60,034 nucleotides of DNA, from contig JAJDBG010000043.1 of NCBI GenBank assembly GCA_029261475.1, positions 1 through 60,034 on the forward strand. The letters run 5' to 3'. The translations under genes were made by a program, and so were the position numbers. This DNA comes from Nitrospinaceae bacterium (GTDB lineage: Bacteria; Nitrospinota; Nitrospinia; Nitrospinales; VA-1). The notes below the pieces were generated by a model. It worked only from the letters and a program-made list of their open reading frames with translations, had not been told where the DNA came from and ran no database searches. Shown here piece by piece: positions 11,600 to 20,206 of this stretch (within the stretch, counting starts at the first letter, position 1; each line of letters begins with the position of its first letter).

Positions 11600-11636
11600 C
11601 TTGCTAGAACTAGCAGACTAGAACTAGCAAGCTAGT
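11592..11636. repeat. 14-bp tandem repeat x3 containing a 13-bp inverted repeat
   Basis: AGAACTAGCttgct AGAACTAGCagact AGAACTAGCaagct; ACTAGCTTGCTAG (11595-11607) pairs with CTAGCAAGCTAGT (11624-11636). Confidence 0.85.
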
Positions 11637-11658
11637 AATTTTATCGAAAGAATAGAAC

Positions 11659-12495
11659 GTGTCCGACATTTTGGAAGCAGAAGAAAAACCCAAAAAAAAA
11701 CTCAAGCTCCTTCTAGAGTACGAAGGCACCCGGTACTGTGGCTGGCAATCTCAGAAAAATGGTGTTTCCATACAGGAAATAGTGCAAGGCGTATTGAGTC
11801 GCTTACAGAACAAGCCGACCGTCGTCTGGTCATCCGGCAGGACAGATGCCGGTGTCCACGCGCAAGAGCAGATGGTGCATTTTTTTACAGATTCCAGAAT
11901 GACCGATCTGCAATGGCTGAAAGGCATCAACGGCCTGCTCCCTACAGATATAGTGGTGAAGAACGTATCACAGGCCGAACCCGATTTTCACGCCCAGGCA
12001 TCCTGCAAAGGCAAACTCTATCGCTACACTATATTGAACCGCGACTTTCCAAGCGCACTCGACTTTCCATACTCCTGGTACATCTACTATCCGCTCGACG
12101 CAGACGCCATGCGCGAGGCCGTGAAAGTCCTAGAAGGCCAGCACGACTTCACATCCTTCCGAGGTTCCAAATGTGGCGCGAAAAGCGCAGATCGTTATTT
12201 GATGAAAACAGTAGTTCGCAAAGAAGGTGACCGCATCCAGTGTTACTTCATCGGCAACGGATTCCTGAAGCACATGATACGCATCATCATGGGAACCGTC
12301 GTAGAAGCAGGAAGAGGGCGACTGAGCCCCGCAGAAATGCAAACAATACTCGAATCCCGCAACCGCAGAAAAGCCGGCCCCACCGCCCCCGCAAAAGGAC
12401 TCTGCCTCATGAGAGTTTTTTACGACATAGAAGAAAGAAGCGATTGCTTGCACCGCCTACAGAACAGCCCCATAGAAATCCCCTTCCTCGGCTGA
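11659..12495 (+). CDS. truA: tRNA pseudouridine(38-40) synthase
   Basis: EYEGTRYCGWQSQ, SSGRTDAGVHA, GQHDFTSF, GFLKHMIRIIMG, AGPTAPAKGLCL. Confidence 0.95.
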   Translation: MSDILEAEEKPKKKLKLLLEYEGTRYCGWQSQKNGVSIQEIVQGVLSRLQNKPTVVWSSGRTDAGVHAQEQMVHFFTDSRMTDLQWLKGINGLLPTDIVVKNVSQAEPDFHAQASCKGKLYRYTILNRDFPSALDFPYSWYIYYPLDADAMREAVKVLEGQHDFTSFRGSKCGAKSADRYLMKTVVRKEGDRIQCYFIGNGFLKHMIRIIMGTVVEAGRGRLSPAEMQTILESRNRRKAGPTAPAKGLCLMRVFYDIEERSDCLHRLQNSPIEIPFLG

Positions 12496-12518
12496 ATAAT
12501 TTCATAAGAAGATTTTGC

Positions 12519-12567
12519 TAAAAGATGAGCCGCCCAAAGCGCAAGCCCTTAATTGGTTCATCTTTTA
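12519..12567. terminator. Hairpin after truA, probable terminator
   Basis: AAAAGATGAGCC (12520-12531) pairs with GGTTCATCTTTT (12555-12566). Confidence 0.45.
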
Positions 12568-12584
12568 AAATAAAAGAATTTCCT

Positions 12585-12637
12585 ACCGCAGAGAACGCAG
12601 AGAGCGCAGAGGGAAAAAGGGCGCAGAGAGAGCAAAG
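12585..12637 (+). repeat. 9-bp-period CGCAGAG short tandem repeat
   Basis: CGCAGAG at 12587, 12596, 12605 and 12622, plus a degenerate copy near 12631. Confidence 0.75.
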
Positions 12638-12660
12638 ATTCCAGTAACAAAACACAAATC

Positions 12661-12695
12661 GTCATTGCGAGCCGCCAAGGGCGGCGCGGCAATCC
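12661..12695. repeat. REP/RPE-like palindromic element (GTCATTGCGAG...GCAATC type)
   Basis: GTCATTGCGA-GCCGCC-AAG-GGCGGC-GCGGCAATCC; resembles widespread short bacterial palindromic repeats. Confidence 0.65.
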
Positions 12696-12821
12696 ATTTT
12701 TATTTTTTTGTTCAAGTGATTCCATACCACAAGTATATTGTTAGTATTGTATTAATATCAAGATTTGACCCTATAATATACTGCTACTCATAAGTAGATT
12801 GATGCCAAACTAAATATTAAA

Positions 12822-13709
12822 CTACAGCTTAAGTGGAATTTCAGACATAGAAATTTGAATATCAGGGGCAATTTGAGACAAATACGATTTTAGGAAATTA
12901 TATCTCTCTTTTTGATCTTTGTGTGGGCCGATGATAATGCGAGAAATATCCTTTTCTAGTGAAAATGGTATCTCATGATACGGTTGTTTGATATATCCTT
13001 GAGTTTCCGCTTGCTCGCCAATAAAGGTGAGTCCAATTCTGACCTCATGCTCTTCAAAAAACGCCGGGTGTTTGGAACATATCAAGAGGCACAATAGATT
13101 CGTCAACATCTCTCTTGTCTTTTCAAACACTTGATCTTCAGAATAGAGAGGTGGAGAGGCGATCCTTGGGACATTGGAAAAGGGGGGATTGACAATCAAG
13201 TCTGAAGCTATATCGAGAAATCGATTAAGTTTTTCAAGATAGCCCTTGTCATTATCATTTTCCCCTTTGTAAATCACCTTATTCATTATACATGCAGGAG
13301 GGATTTCAAGAGTTTTCCAATTGTTTATCGCCACTTTATAGATATTATGGGTCTTGAATGCAATTGCGCAACCGCCATCTGCACCATAATATCTCCACAT
13401 GCCTAATAAGCCGTTGTCTCGGTGGCTGTTATCGGTTTTTCCGCAAAATGAAGTAATGTAAAAGCCCTTTCCAAGAGGTTCGCATAAAGCTTCTATAGCA
13501 TATTTTACCTGCTCAATACTGTAATCCGGCAATCCTTCAAGAATTTTTTCGATGAGTAAGTTTTTAGCGTATTCAATTTCTTGGATATCATTTAGCAGGT
13601 CAAATCTGGTTGCTCTCAGTGTGGCACTATGAAGGATTAATAAAGCGGTGCTAAAATTTGTGTAATGAAGCACTTCGGGGTATTTCATCCAAATTTCTTC
13701 GTCAGACAA
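12822..13709 (-). CDS. DUF2971-family protein
   Basis: LHYT, LRATRFDLLNDIQE, FYITSFC, LGMWRYYG..GCAIAF, KHPAFFEEHEVR, IIIGP; more AT-rich than its neighbours. Confidence 0.75.
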   Translation of the reverse strand: MSDEEIWMKYPEVLHYTNFSTALLILHSATLRATRFDLLNDIQEIEYAKNLLIEKILEGLPDYSIEQVKYAIEALCEPLGKGFYITSFCGKTDNSHRDNGLLGMWRYYGADGGCAIAFKTHNIYKVAINNWKTLEIPPACIMNKVIYKGENDNDKGYLEKLNRFLDIASDLIVNPPFSNVPRIASPPLYSEDQVFEKTREMLTNLLCLLICSKHPAFFEEHEVRIGLTFIGEQAETQGYIKQPYHEIPFSLEKDISRIIIGPHKDQKERYNFLKSYLSQIAPDIQISMSEIPLKL

Positions 13710-13949
13710 CTTATCCCCCTTTTCTTATTTCAATTTTCCAAGGTTACGGTTTGTTTCTCATGGTCTATTATGCAAAAGACTCATTTACTTATTTTTGATA
13801 TTTTGTTTTATGTAAGTCTTTAACTGTAGCTTAACATTTTCAAGAGTAGCATGGATTTTTCGTCGAGTGCGGTCACTTTTTCACAGGTGGAAAAAACTTT
13901 TAACTACCGTATCACCTTAATAATTCCCACGTCTATTGGTTTGTAATCA

Positions 13950-14546
13950 ATGAGTAAAGGTTTGCCGTCTCTTTTAAAAGAAATCAGGGATTGCTGTTTG
14001 TGTGAGGAGCATTTGCCTTTGGGGCCGCGTCCGGTGGTGCAGGCGCATTTGCAGGCGGTGGTTTTGATTGTGGGGCAGGCTCCGGGGCGCAGGGTTCACG
14101 AAACGGGCATTCCGTTCAATGATCCGAGTGGGGTGCGTTTGCGCGAGTGGATGGGAATCGATGCGTCTGTGTTTTACGATGCGAAAAAAATCGCGCTATT
14201 GCCGATGGGATTTTGTTATCCGGGTACGGGCAAGTCGGGCGATTTGCCGCCGCGACCGGAATGCGCGGATGCCTGGTGCGAAAAGCTGTTGGGTGCTTTG
14301 CCCAATATCAGGCTGACTTTGGCGATCGGGCAATACGCGCAAAAATATCACCTCGCCCCTGGCCAGAAAAAGAACCTGACGGAAACGGTCAAGGCTTGGG
14401 AAGACTATTTGGGGGAAGGTTTGGTTCCGCTCCCTCATCCCAGTCCGCGCAACAATCTTTGGTTGCGTAAAAATCCGTGGTTTGAAGTGGAAGTCCTGCC
14501 TGCTTTGAAATTAAAGGTTCGCGCTTTACTGAGTGCGGGAAAATAA
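13950..14546 (+). CDS. Uracil-DNA glycosylase superfamily protein
   Basis: IVGQAPG, FNDPSGVRLREWMG, FCYPG, LPHPSPRN; Cys residues compatible with an Fe-S or metal site. Confidence 0.85.
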   Translation: MSKGLPSLLKEIRDCCLCEEHLPLGPRPVVQAHLQAVVLIVGQAPGRRVHETGIPFNDPSGVRLREWMGIDASVFYDAKKIALLPMGFCYPGTGKSGDLPPRPECADAWCEKLLGALPNIRLTLAIGQYAQKYHLAPGQKKNLTETVKAWEDYLGEGLVPLPHPSPRNNLWLRKNPWFEVEVLPALKLKVRALLSAGK

Positions 14547-14549
14547 ACC

Positions 14550-16394
14550 TTACATATCCTGAATGAACTTGCGCGCGAAGGAGCGAATCTCTTTGCCGTT
14601 CAGTACATGGAACTGGCGTATCTTTTCTATCATTTGATTGGAGAATCGTTTGAGGGGAATGTGGATGATGCGTTTTTTATAATGTTTCGCCAGTTTCCTC
14701 CAACTCATTTTGGGTGGGGTGGGGGAGACGACGGTGACGTGAAGTTCGCGGGAATGAAAAAACGCGGCTTCGAGTAATTTTTCTTCGAGTGTTCTTGCGA
14801 GTCGCATTCTCGGGTCTTCCCATATATTGGGGATCGGTCGCGGTGGGAAGATGGTCATGCATCCGCCGTAGATGGCTTGTCCTATTCCGGGGCCTACCAT
14901 TTTATCCATGTACTCGGTTGCGAAAAAGCAGAGGGTCGATTCTTCATCGTGCTCGGCGTACCAGGTTTGTCGCCATGTGTATTGCTCGGGTGCGGGTTCT
15001 TCGTCGAAGATGAACACGACGATCTCGACTTTGCCGCGTGATGCGGGAATCTCTTTGACGTAGATATCTCCGGTGTGCCAGTTGCGCAGGGTGTCGCGCA
15101 GGTCGATGCCGTCTTTCACGGATGTTGTGAATTTTTCCGTGCGAGCGAGGTCGTTGCTCAACAGGAGTTTCGATTGTTCGCGGACATGGGAATTGAAGTT
15201 TTCGATCTTGTCATCTTCCGGTGGCCAGGAGCATTGCCCGTAAGGGTCCCAATTGTATTTCCAGCGATCTTGTTTTTGGTAGTCTGCTTCCGGTTTCAGA
15301 TCGAGAGACCGCCATTCCATATCGTTTTCGGACAAGCGGTTCTTTGCTTCCAACAGTCCGTCCTCTTCGCTGAGAATCGCTTGATCCATTCCCAGTGTGA
15401 TGGTTTCCAACGATCCGGCACCGTTGTCTTGAAAAGGATAGTCGCGTGCGGTTTCCAGTACCGAAATAGCAAAGGCATCGCCGCCCACTTGTTTGGCGGT
15501 GAGGACCAGTGTGTATAGATCGGGCGTCAAGCGGTGTTCCATCAAGGACAGGTTACGCAGGTATTGCAATTGCGCTTGCAAGGCCGTTGCGGTGAGGCCA
15601 TGGTATTTCAGACTGCGTTTGTCGATGTAGCGTTTCCGCGCTCGCAGGAGAATTTCTTTGATGCCGTCTATCGCTACGCTTCGGTCGGAAAGCAGGTCCT
15701 GTCGGTTTTTCTCGTAGAGATGTGTGACGTATGGAAATTCGGACAGGGCAAAAAAGAGCGAATTTTTTTCGACGCTGAAGAGTTCGGGACGATGATCGAG
15801 TTCTTCGGGTTGGGAGTACTTCAATCGTTCGGTGTAGGCTTCCTGTATCCAGGGCCAATCGAGAATGGAGCAGATAAAAACAATGTGTGAATGGTCGAGC
15901 TCCAGTCGGTGGAGTTGATAGGCCATCCATTTTGCACGTTTATCGTGTAGCGTATTCGCTTCAGGTCGAGGTTGAGTGAGAAGCAGGGCGGCGTTGAATT
16001 TTTCCATGGACAGCCCGGTCAATGCAAAAGGGTCGGGCCAGTCTGCTTTACGAGGTTCATATACAGAAGCACTCCAGTCGATGAATTCTCGTCGGATGCC
16101 CTCTTGCATGGCAATGCGCAAGCCCATGATGATGGGCTGGCAAGGATCGACGGGAACATAATTCAAGGCACCGTCTGGCTCGTTCGCCGCGCATATGCTG
16201 ATGTGTGGAAGCAGTCCGATCCCGCGTTCTACTCCGGCCTGAAATTCTGGCGGCAGGGCTACGGCGAGACAATCTGGCGAATTCAGGAGCAATCGACTCC
16301 TCACTTCGCGGGCGTAGGTTCCTGAACCGTGGATGACAGGCAGGACGGTGATTCTATCGCCCAGCTTAAAAATATTGCTTGATTCCATCGTCAT
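14550..16394 (-). CDS. Conserved hypothetical protein, partner of the MoxR-type ATPase
   Basis: Long ORF; probable start at 16394 or 16388, immediately after the ATPase stop (the ORF track start of 16517 overlaps the ATPase). Motifs LPVIHGS..PDCLAVALP and GIDLRDTLRNW. Confidence 0.8.
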   Translation of the reverse strand: MTMESSNIFKLGDRITVLPVIHGSGTYAREVRSRLLLNSPDCLAVALPPEFQAGVERGIGLLPHISICAANEPDGALNYVPVDPCQPIIMGLRIAMQEGIRREFIDWSASVYEPRKADWPDPFALTGLSMEKFNAALLLTQPRPEANTLHDKRAKWMAYQLHRLELDHSHIVFICSILDWPWIQEAYTERLKYSQPEELDHRPELFSVEKNSLFFALSEFPYVTHLYEKNRQDLLSDRSVAIDGIKEILLRARKRYIDKRSLKYHGLTATALQAQLQYLRNLSLMEHRLTPDLYTLVLTAKQVGGDAFAISVLETARDYPFQDNGAGSLETITLGMDQAILSEEDGLLEAKNRLSENDMEWRSLDLKPEADYQKQDRWKYNWDPYGQCSWPPEDDKIENFNSHVREQSKLLLSNDLARTEKFTTSVKDGIDLRDTLRNWHTGDIYVKEIPASRGKVEIVVFIFDEEPAPEQYTWRQTWYAEHDEESTLCFFATEYMDKMVGPGIGQAIYGGCMTIFPPRPIPNIWEDPRMRLARTLEEKLLEAAFFHSRELHVTVVSPTPPKMSWRKLAKHYKKRIIHIPLKRFSNQMIEKIRQFHVLNGKEIRSFARKFIQDM

Positions 16395-16404
16395 TTGAGG
16401 GCGA

Positions 16405-17349
16405 TCAACGGTCGCTGTCCGGGTGCAATGGGTTGTCTTCGCCAAAGAAAAAGTCGCCCAATCCCATGGGCATACTTTCGTTGCCGAGAGCGCGTCGTTT
16501 TCCTTCGGCCATTCCATCTAGGTCGAGGGCTTCTTCACCAAGGACGCGACTCACCGCTTCGCGCCAATAAGGGTCTTTTCCGAGGGGATGTGTTTTGTCC
16601 TGCCGAAGGCGTTTGAGTGCGTATTGCAGGATGTGCATGCCGTCGCGAGGTGAGAAATCCAGATCCAATTGATGAGCGCGTTGCAAAAAATCGACGGTCA
16701 TATTCAATAAATCATCTTCTGCGAAAGGGAGATGATATTTTAGAATCGCCAGTTCGTCCTTGAAATTGGGCATCTGCAGTTGCAAAGTGGGTTGCAGTCG
16801 GGACAAAATATAATCGGGAATCTCGAACGTGGACTCATCGCTGTTCATGGTAACGCAAGCGCGGAACTCGCGATGGGCATGGATTTGAATGCCTGCGATG
16901 ATGGACTCAACATAACGACGGTGATCAAAAAGCGGTGCCATTGAAGCCCAGCTCTTTTCATTCATCCGGTTGCCTTCGTCGAGGATACATATTCCGCCCT
17001 TCACCATGGCACTCACCAGGGGCGAGGCGTGGTAAGATATTTTTCCGGATTCTGCAAGCACGGGAGTGATCAATAAATCTTCCGGGCGGGTGTCGCTGGT
17101 GCATTGAAAAATATAAAGAGGTTGTTTGCGTTGCAAAGCCGCACACATGGCAAGTGTTGTTTTACCGATGCCAGGCATGCCAACAATACGAGGTGTTAGC
17201 GGCAGGTCTTTTTCGGCAACAACGAGCCAGCAGGCAAGAATTTGTTTGAGAACTTCTTCCTGCCCGATCCATTCAGGTTTTGTAGAATCGGGTCGGCTGA
17301 GGTTTACTTCGACGCCATCCAGATTGATTTTTCGATCACTATCGTTCAA
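16405..17349 (-). CDS. MoxR-like AAA+ ATPase
   Basis: Walker [40 protein letters not shown] (Walker B), [13 protein letters not shown]. Confidence 0.88.
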   Translation of the reverse strand: MNDSDRKINLDGVEVNLSRPDSTKPEWIGQEEVLKQILACWLVVAEKDLPLTPRIVGMPGIGKTTLAMCAALQRKQPLYIFQCTSDTRPEDLLITPVLAESGKISYHASPLVSAMVKGGICILDEGNRMNEKSWASMAPLFDHRRYVESIIAGIQIHAHREFRACVTMNSDESTFEIPDYILSRLQPTLQLQMPNFKDELAILKYHLPFAEDDLLNMTVDFLQRAHQLDLDFSPRDGMHILQYALKRLRQDKTHPLGKDPYWREAVSRVLGEEALDLDGMAEGKRRALGNESMPMGLGDFFFGEDNPLHPDSDR

Positions 17350-17431
17350 TTTACCGACTCCGTTTTGGTTGAGATAATTGGGTTGCAGTTAGATAATATC
17401 ATTAAGAGACTATGGGTAAGGAAAATTTATT

Positions 17432-18091
17432 ATGTTGATCGATTTAAATATTGAAGGTCAGCGCGTTTTGCTAGTAGGGGCAGGTCGAGAAGCCTCGCGA
17501 AAAGCGTTGGGTTTGCTACAACAGGGAGCGGACATTGTGGTTGTGTCCGAAAATTTTGAGGACAGTTTCAGCGAATGGGAGCGTCAGGGGCAAATGCGCC
17601 TGGTCTGCAAGACCGTGTCCGACGGTGGCATCGTCAAAGACCATCAGCCATTGTATCTGGTGATGGCTCTGACCGACGACCGCGAATTGAATCGAGCCAT
17701 CGTGGACGAAGCGAAAAAGTCGGCACGCTTTGTTTATTCCGTGGACGATCCCGAGTATTCTGATTTCTCGCATCCTTCAATCGTAGAGACGAGGCCACCT
17801 ATCCGCATGGCCATTTCCACGAGTGGTCAAAGCCCTCTGGTTGCCCGGCATTTGCGCGAACGAGCCGAAGCGATCATCGACATTTTAATTCGCGATGAAG
17901 ATTACCTTCAAATCCAATTGCAGGCAAAAATGAGAGAGGCTGTAAAATCCATTTTGCCGACCGCGGAGTTGAGGAAAAGTTTTCTAACTCAAATTTTGCT
18001 CGACCCTGATATAGGCGAACGGCTGAAGGAAGATCAATACGAACAGGCTGAAGCACTGGCTCTGCAACGACTGAAAAGTTTTCAAGGATAA
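17432..18091 (+). CDS. Precorrin-2 dehydrogenase / sirohydrochlorin ferrochelatase (CysG N-terminal / SirC-like)
   Basis: VLLVGAGREASRK, TDDRELN, VDDPEYSDFSHPS, AISTSGQSPLVAR. Confidence 0.88.
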   Translation: MLIDLNIEGQRVLLVGAGREASRKALGLLQQGADIVVVSENFEDSFSEWERQGQMRLVCKTVSDGGIVKDHQPLYLVMALTDDRELNRAIVDEAKKSARFVYSVDDPEYSDFSHPSIVETRPPIRMAISTSGQSPLVARHLRERAEAIIDILIRDEDYLQIQLQAKMREAVKSILPTAELRKSFLTQILLDPDIGERLKEDQYEQAEALALQRLKSFQG

Positions 18092-18101
18092 AAAAAATAG
18101 G

Positions 18102-18881
18102 GTGATGTCGATTTCTAAATTTACGAAATGTTTAGGTGAAAATATTAAAACTGTCTGCTTTTGGGGACTGGCAGTGTTTATTTTTTCTACCCAAGCAGGG
18201 CAGGCGGCTGAGATGCTGGATATTCGCAATCTCAAGTCCAGGGAAATGGCCAGCGCGTATTTTGATCGGGCGATGGGATATCAGAATTCCCGGTTTGCGG
18301 CGGTGTCTCTAGTGGAAGCACTGGACCGTGTGCCTTTTGAGGGTGGGGCGGATGCGCTGATTTTGAGGTGCCGGGACGATTATGAGGGCATCATCAGCTT
18401 TGATGATATCCGTCGTTATGACATTCGGCTGGCGACGGACATCAGGATCGATCCACAATTCAAGCGTCCGTCCTGGTTGCAAGCTTGGCTATTGTTGATC
18501 CCGGATGATTCTTCGGCCCCATCGATGGAACGTTTCATGACGGCGAATATTGAAAAAATTTATCTGGCTAGTTCTGTTGATTATTACGCCCCGCTGGACA
18601 AGGTGGTGATGAATCATCCAGAAGCTGTGTCGGGCAGTCGTGTTTACAAACAGAATTGTCTTTTTTGCCATAGGCTCAAAGGCATTGGGGGCAACAAGGG
18701 CGGTTCTTTGCTTGCTAAATTTGATTTTGGGCAGGGGGGCCGTGATGCGATGGAATCGGCTTTTCTTAACTTCCATCATAAAATGAATGAGGACAAGCAG
18801 AATGTGGAACAATTTGTTTCGCACTCAGCATTGAAAGAGATTGGTCTTTTCCTTTCTCTTGTCTTCTCCGAAGACCATTGA
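18102..18881 (+). CDS. Exported c-type cytochrome with an N-terminal accessory domain
   Basis: Signal peptide ending AGQA; single CxxCH motif (NCLFCH) followed by GIGGNKGG. Confidence 0.7.
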   Translation: MMSISKFTKCLGENIKTVCFWGLAVFIFSTQAGQAAEMLDIRNLKSREMASAYFDRAMGYQNSRFAAVSLVEALDRVPFEGGADALILRCRDDYEGIISFDDIRRYDIRLATDIRIDPQFKRPSWLQAWLLLIPDDSSAPSMERFMTANIEKIYLASSVDYYAPLDKVVMNHPEAVSGSRVYKQNCLFCHRLKGIGGNKGGSLLAKFDFGQGGRDAMESAFLNFHHKMNEDKQNVEQFVSHSALKEIGLFLSLVFSEDH

Positions 18882-18959
18882 TTATGGTAGACTGTCTGGA
18901 TTGTACTTGAACGTATTCAATTTCCACTTAATGCTTATTATAAGAAGAGGGTTTTACTC

Positions 18960-19355
18960 ATGTCCATGATTGTCGCCGCCGCGTTTGCTATCGGCACTGC
19001 TGTTGAAATGGGAGTTCTCATATTCCTGGGTGATTACGTTGATACGATCACTTTGATAAACGAAATCATGCTGACTTTTCTTGTCGGCATCGTTGTGGGG
19101 CGGAGCTACGGCAAGGAGTTTTTTGAAAAAATGCAGTGGCATCTTAAATCAAAAACTTTACCAGCAAAAGATATCCTGAACGGTGCGGTGATGACTATAG
19201 CCAGTATGCTGTTGATCACACCGGGTCTTGTTACGGACTTTGTCGGTTTGCTCATCATCACTCCTTTGACGCGGGGAATTTTTATAGATATAGCGGCCAA
19301 TTTTACGCAGAAAAAAGCCTCGGGTGGTGAGTTGTATTATTTCTTCAAGGACTAG
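18960..19355 (+). CDS. fxsA: FxsA family membrane protein
   Basis: Hydrophobic; LLITPGLVTDFVGLLIITPLTR signature. Confidence 0.8.
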   Translation: MSMIVAAAFAIGTAVEMGVLIFLGDYVDTITLINEIMLTFLVGIVVGRSYGKEFFEKMQWHLKSKTLPAKDILNGAVMTIASMLLITPGLVTDFVGLLIITPLTRGIFIDIAANFTQKKASGGELYYFFKD

Positions 19356-19451
19356 TTCTTTGAGCTGGTGAGTATGAGTTCTGTTGCTCTCTTTAGATCG
19401 CGGGTATTCTCCGGCGATCATTGATTTTTATTTTTCCTGCGATCATTGCCG

Positions 19452-20168
19452 ATGCTGTTTTCTCCGCCTAAACGAGATTTCAAAGCTGAGTTGCTGGACC
19501 TTGACGAGGCACCCTTTGAGGAAGTCCGAAAAAGTCTGAAAGATGTTCGGCGGGTCAATCGTTATCTGAGCGGGTACCGTGTATTGCTGGAGCAGGTGGG
19601 TGAATTTTTTAAACGCCGTGAAGAGGGTCGCCCTTTCAGGGTCATCGACCTTGCCACTGGTTCGGCAGACCAACCGTTGGTTCTTCTCAAGTACGCTCAA
19701 TCTCTGGGTGTGGACATGCGTATCACGGCGGTGGATATCAACGGAAAGATGTTGACTTACGCTAGTGAAGAGACTGGACGACACCCCGAAATAAAATTGA
19801 TTCAGGCAGATATTCTTTCCCTTCCTTTTGCTGACAATAGTTTTGATGTTGCGATCAACTCGCTTTCTCTCCATCATTTTTCCAGGGAGAATGCTATTGG
19901 TATTTTGCGTTCTGCTATGCGTGTTTCGCGGATGGGGGTTGTTGTCAACGATCTGCATCGGAGCCGGGTGGCTTATGCCGCCATTTTATTGCTCACGCGT
20001 TTGTTCACACAAAACCGGCTCACCCGTTACGATGCTCCAGTTTCTGTGATGAATGCTTTTATCCCTGATGAAATGCATGAAATGGCTGAAGAAGCTGGCT
20101 GGAAAAACTTTAAAGTTCATCGTCGTTTCCCCTACCGTTTGGCTCTTGTTGCTGAAAAACAATTATAA
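19452..20168 (+). CDS. SAM-dependent methyltransferase (type usually found beside type III PKS genes)
   Basis: ELLD..VNRYLSG, VIDLATGSAD, SLSLHHF, VVVNDLHRS, TRYDAPVSV..AF, FPYR. Confidence 0.85.
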   Translation: MLFSPPKRDFKAELLDLDEAPFEEVRKSLKDVRRVNRYLSGYRVLLEQVGEFFKRREEGRPFRVIDLATGSADQPLVLLKYAQSLGVDMRITAVDINGKMLTYASEETGRHPEIKLIQADILSLPFADNSFDVAINSLSLHHFSRENAIGILRSAMRVSRMGVVVNDLHRSRVAYAAILLLTRLFTQNRLTRYDAPVSVMNAFIPDEMHEMAEEAGWKNFKVHRRFPYRLALVAEKQL

Positions 20169-20206
20169 CTTTTTAGACTTTTTTAGTTTTTTAAATTCAA
20201 TCCCCA

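Noticed and set aside
11592-11636. Possible CRISPR array
   Set aside because: Units are only 14 bp with no unique spacers, and there are no cas genes in the window
12500-13940. Insertion sequence, integron cassette or prophage remnant
   Set aside because: I could not identify a transposase or integrase, terminal inverted repeats, a target duplication or an attC structure
16395-16517. N-terminal extension of the 655-aa ORF overlapping the ATPase, or a frameshift fusion
   Set aside because: ATG codons at 16394 and 16388 directly follow the ATPase stop; ordinary operon coupling is the simpler explanation and I saw no slippery site
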